64,000 bases of DNA, from NCBI GenBank assembly GCA_964016885.1, contig OZ024740.1, positions 95,108,001 through 95,172,000 on the forward strand, written 5' to 3'. The notes under the pieces are model-generated. The model saw only the letters and a list, made by a program, of their open reading frames with translations. It was not told the DNA's origin and made no database searches. Positions within the stretch are counted from its first letter, which is position 1; every line of letters starts with the position of its first letter. The stretch comes from Eledone cirrhosa (lineage: Eukaryota). The position numbers and the translations under genes were made by a program. Positions 61,569 through 64,000 of this stretch are shown here, in pieces.

Positions 61569-62213
61569 ATTTTTAAATCCACTCGCTGTTTCGAAAATAT
61601 TCTTACTTCATATATATATATATAAATATATAAAATAAAGTTTTTGCTCTGTATGGCTGAATACAATAAATGTAATTTGAGTTTTTCGAATATTAATAAT
61701 AACATTCGATTCGTTTGCAATTATCTAAACAAGCCTCAATTTTATAGCCAATTATATTTGAATTTGGCAAAGCTGGCCATTTATCGCTCGTATACAGGAA
61801 ACTGACTGACCAGTCTGCTGTTATGCAAATTTGGCTGATCAGTGGATCTGTTAATATGCAGACCTGACTGATCAGCCAGTATGTTAATATGCAAATCAGG
61901 CTGATCAGGCACTGTATATTTTTGAAAATAGCATATATGTTCACTAGCTCTGACAGTTTCGCAGGTGAACAGTGAGCTGTACTGACGAAGAGGGATAACA
62001 ATAAACATCAGTGTCTGCAGTTCTGTCCACATCCCGACACGTGAGCAAGAGTGAAGGGTTCATTCTATTGACATGGCTATAACATTGATGCTTGTTTGCA
62101 TAATTGCAAACGAATTGAATGTTATTATTAATATTCGAAAAACACAGATTACACACACACAGACACACACATACACACACACACTCACATACACACACAT
62201 ATATATATATATA

Positions 62214-62594
62214 TTAGTAAAATGGAAAACAAAATGCTGACAAATGTTTCCCAGTGAAAAATATTTTAATTATGAATAAGTATAAATTAGTAATAAGTAT
62301 TGGTTAGTATTCAGTTTTAGTTTTAAGTTTTTACCGGTTGCGCATTTCTAATGCTTTTCAAAAATAATTTTGAGATAGAGCGGTCGTGATGTTTGCTCAA
62401 ATCTGATTAGAGCAAACATCACGAGCGCTCCATCCCAAAATTATTTTTGAAAAGCATTAGAAATGTGCAACCGGTAATAACTTAAAACTAAAACTGAATA
62501 CTAACCAATACTTATTACTAATTTATACTTATTCCTAATTAAAATATTTTTCACTGGGAAACATTTGTCAGCATTTTCTTTTCCTTTTTACTAA
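62214..62594. repeat. ~380-bp near-perfect palindrome
   Basis: The arms pair almost end to end around about 62403. Same family as 41380-42735. Confidence 0.93.
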
Positions 62595-62622
62595 TATATC
62601 ACAACTCGTGTGTCACACTCTA

Positions 62623-62677
<55 letters not shown>

Positions 62678-62687
62678 TATATTATAT

Positions 62688-62774
<87 letters not shown>

Positions 62775-62789
62775 CATATTATATATATA

Positions 62790-62862
<73 letters not shown>

Positions 62863-62879
62863 GTTTGTATATATATAAT

Positions 62880-63800
62880 AAAGCCAAAACAATGCAGGTA
62901 TGGACATCGAATAAAGAATGCAAATGCAAAAGATATCGTTGACAATTAGTTTTTTACCTTAGATTTATTTAAATGTCCTTAATTTTCGAGATAATATCTC
63001 TTCTTCGGAGGGAAGTAAAGCGGTTAAACCAGTGTTCTAAATAGCTTGCCAAGTCATGCCGACAGGAAATGGTATAGAATATCTGTTCTATCTCTAATGT
63101 CAAAGAGTTATGGTTAAGGGGATAAAGAGTAGTCTCCCTTTAAAAGTTTTTTTTTGTACATGCCTGTTTAAGTGTGTGGGAGAATGGATGAAGGTGTAAG
63201 TATGTGAGTGTGTGTGTGAGAGTGAGAAGATATGTCTATACGTAAATGTGGGGGATAGATGTTATCTCGTGTTAGAACTGGTCTTTGTGTGTGTATGTGT
63301 ATGTGAGAGGGAAAAGTGTTGGTGTAAGCATGGGTGTGTCTGTGGATGTGCGTACGTGTGTGTGTGTGCGGGTGTGTGTGTGGGGTGTGTGTAAATATGG
63401 GGCTAGAAGAGCTATCAAGTTAAAATTGGGTGATGAGTTCTAGTCTATTATTGATTGGTGGTTGTGTTTTTGTCTATATTTAGTGCTTCCTTAATTCTAA
63501 GATTGCCGAGGTTTATTTCCTTAGTTTCTATTCTAACTCTTATGCTTTTGTCGGTGTTTTTTCTATTTAACTAGGTGTTTTTTTAAATGAGGAAGCGTTA
63601 ATATTATGGTGTTCTTTTATTCTTATGTGGAGTGGTCTGGTGGTGCTACCTACGGATAAGTTGCTGCATTTGTCACACTCTAGTCTGTATACGATGTAAG
63701 CCTTGTGGCATAGGTCTGTGTCGTTGATGGGGCAGTTGGCTAGCCTGCAGCAGTCGTCATGTCTGCTGGAGTGGCTTTTGGTTAGCTGTCCGCGTATAGC
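62880..63800 (-). mobile_element. Penelope-like element 3' fragment (non-Naiad GIY-YIG) and pLTR
   Basis: The minus strand at 63570-63770 reads CCRLANCPINDTDLCHKAYIVYRLECDKCSNLSVGSTTRPLHIRIKEH. This is not in the supplied ORF track. Confidence 0.82.
62977..63011 (-). ncRNA. Minimal type I hammerhead motif (U4C)
   Basis: cct-CCGAAGA-a gagat att atctc-GAAA-at-TA-agg. Confidence 0.55.
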
Positions 63801-63809
63801 TCATTAAAA

Positions 63810-64000
63810 ACCTTAAATTAAACAACATTCAACACTCACTAAAATGGGATATCGTGGCTAGGGCACTAACCGTTCAATGGACGAAGAAAATCTTGTGATC
63901 TCTGTATTACGGAAGCATATTACATACCTCTATCAAGACCTCTACCGATTAACGATAGAACGGAGGTAGCTATTAGCTGTCAACATCGAAGGGCTAATTC
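63810..64000 (+). mobile_element. Naiad-type GIY-YIG C-terminal fragment, running off the window
   Basis: NIQHSLKWDIVARA..FNGRRKSCDLCITEAYYI..INDRTEV..SCQHRR, read across frameshifts. Confidence 0.72.

Overview
AT-rich eukaryotic (invertebrate) genomic DNA dense in (TA)n, (CA)n and (GA)n microsatellites. The SINE type hints at a mollusc such as a cephalopod, but that is inference. No host gene is supportable, and most listed ORFs are microsatellite translations. The window consists of transposon remnants. (1) There are at least eight Penelope-like element (PLE) fragments: six Naiad-type and two other GIY-YIG types. (2) A head-to-tail tandem pair of ~6 kb degenerate Helitrons lies at 19202-31094. 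(3) There are RTE-like and CRE-like LINE relics, one with a twin-priming-type 5' inversion. (4) tRNA-derived SINEs and many fold-back elements are also present. The strongest hidden signal is about 25 hammerhead ribozyme (HHR)-like motifs from roughly a dozen sequence families. Most occur as outward-facing inverted pairs that end a short distance from a (TA)n tract. Several sit in short ORF-less fold-back units, some have very long (~100 nt) stem II inserts, and one family has a fixed non-canonical core (CAGAAGA). All folds were read by eye, and none has been computed or tested.
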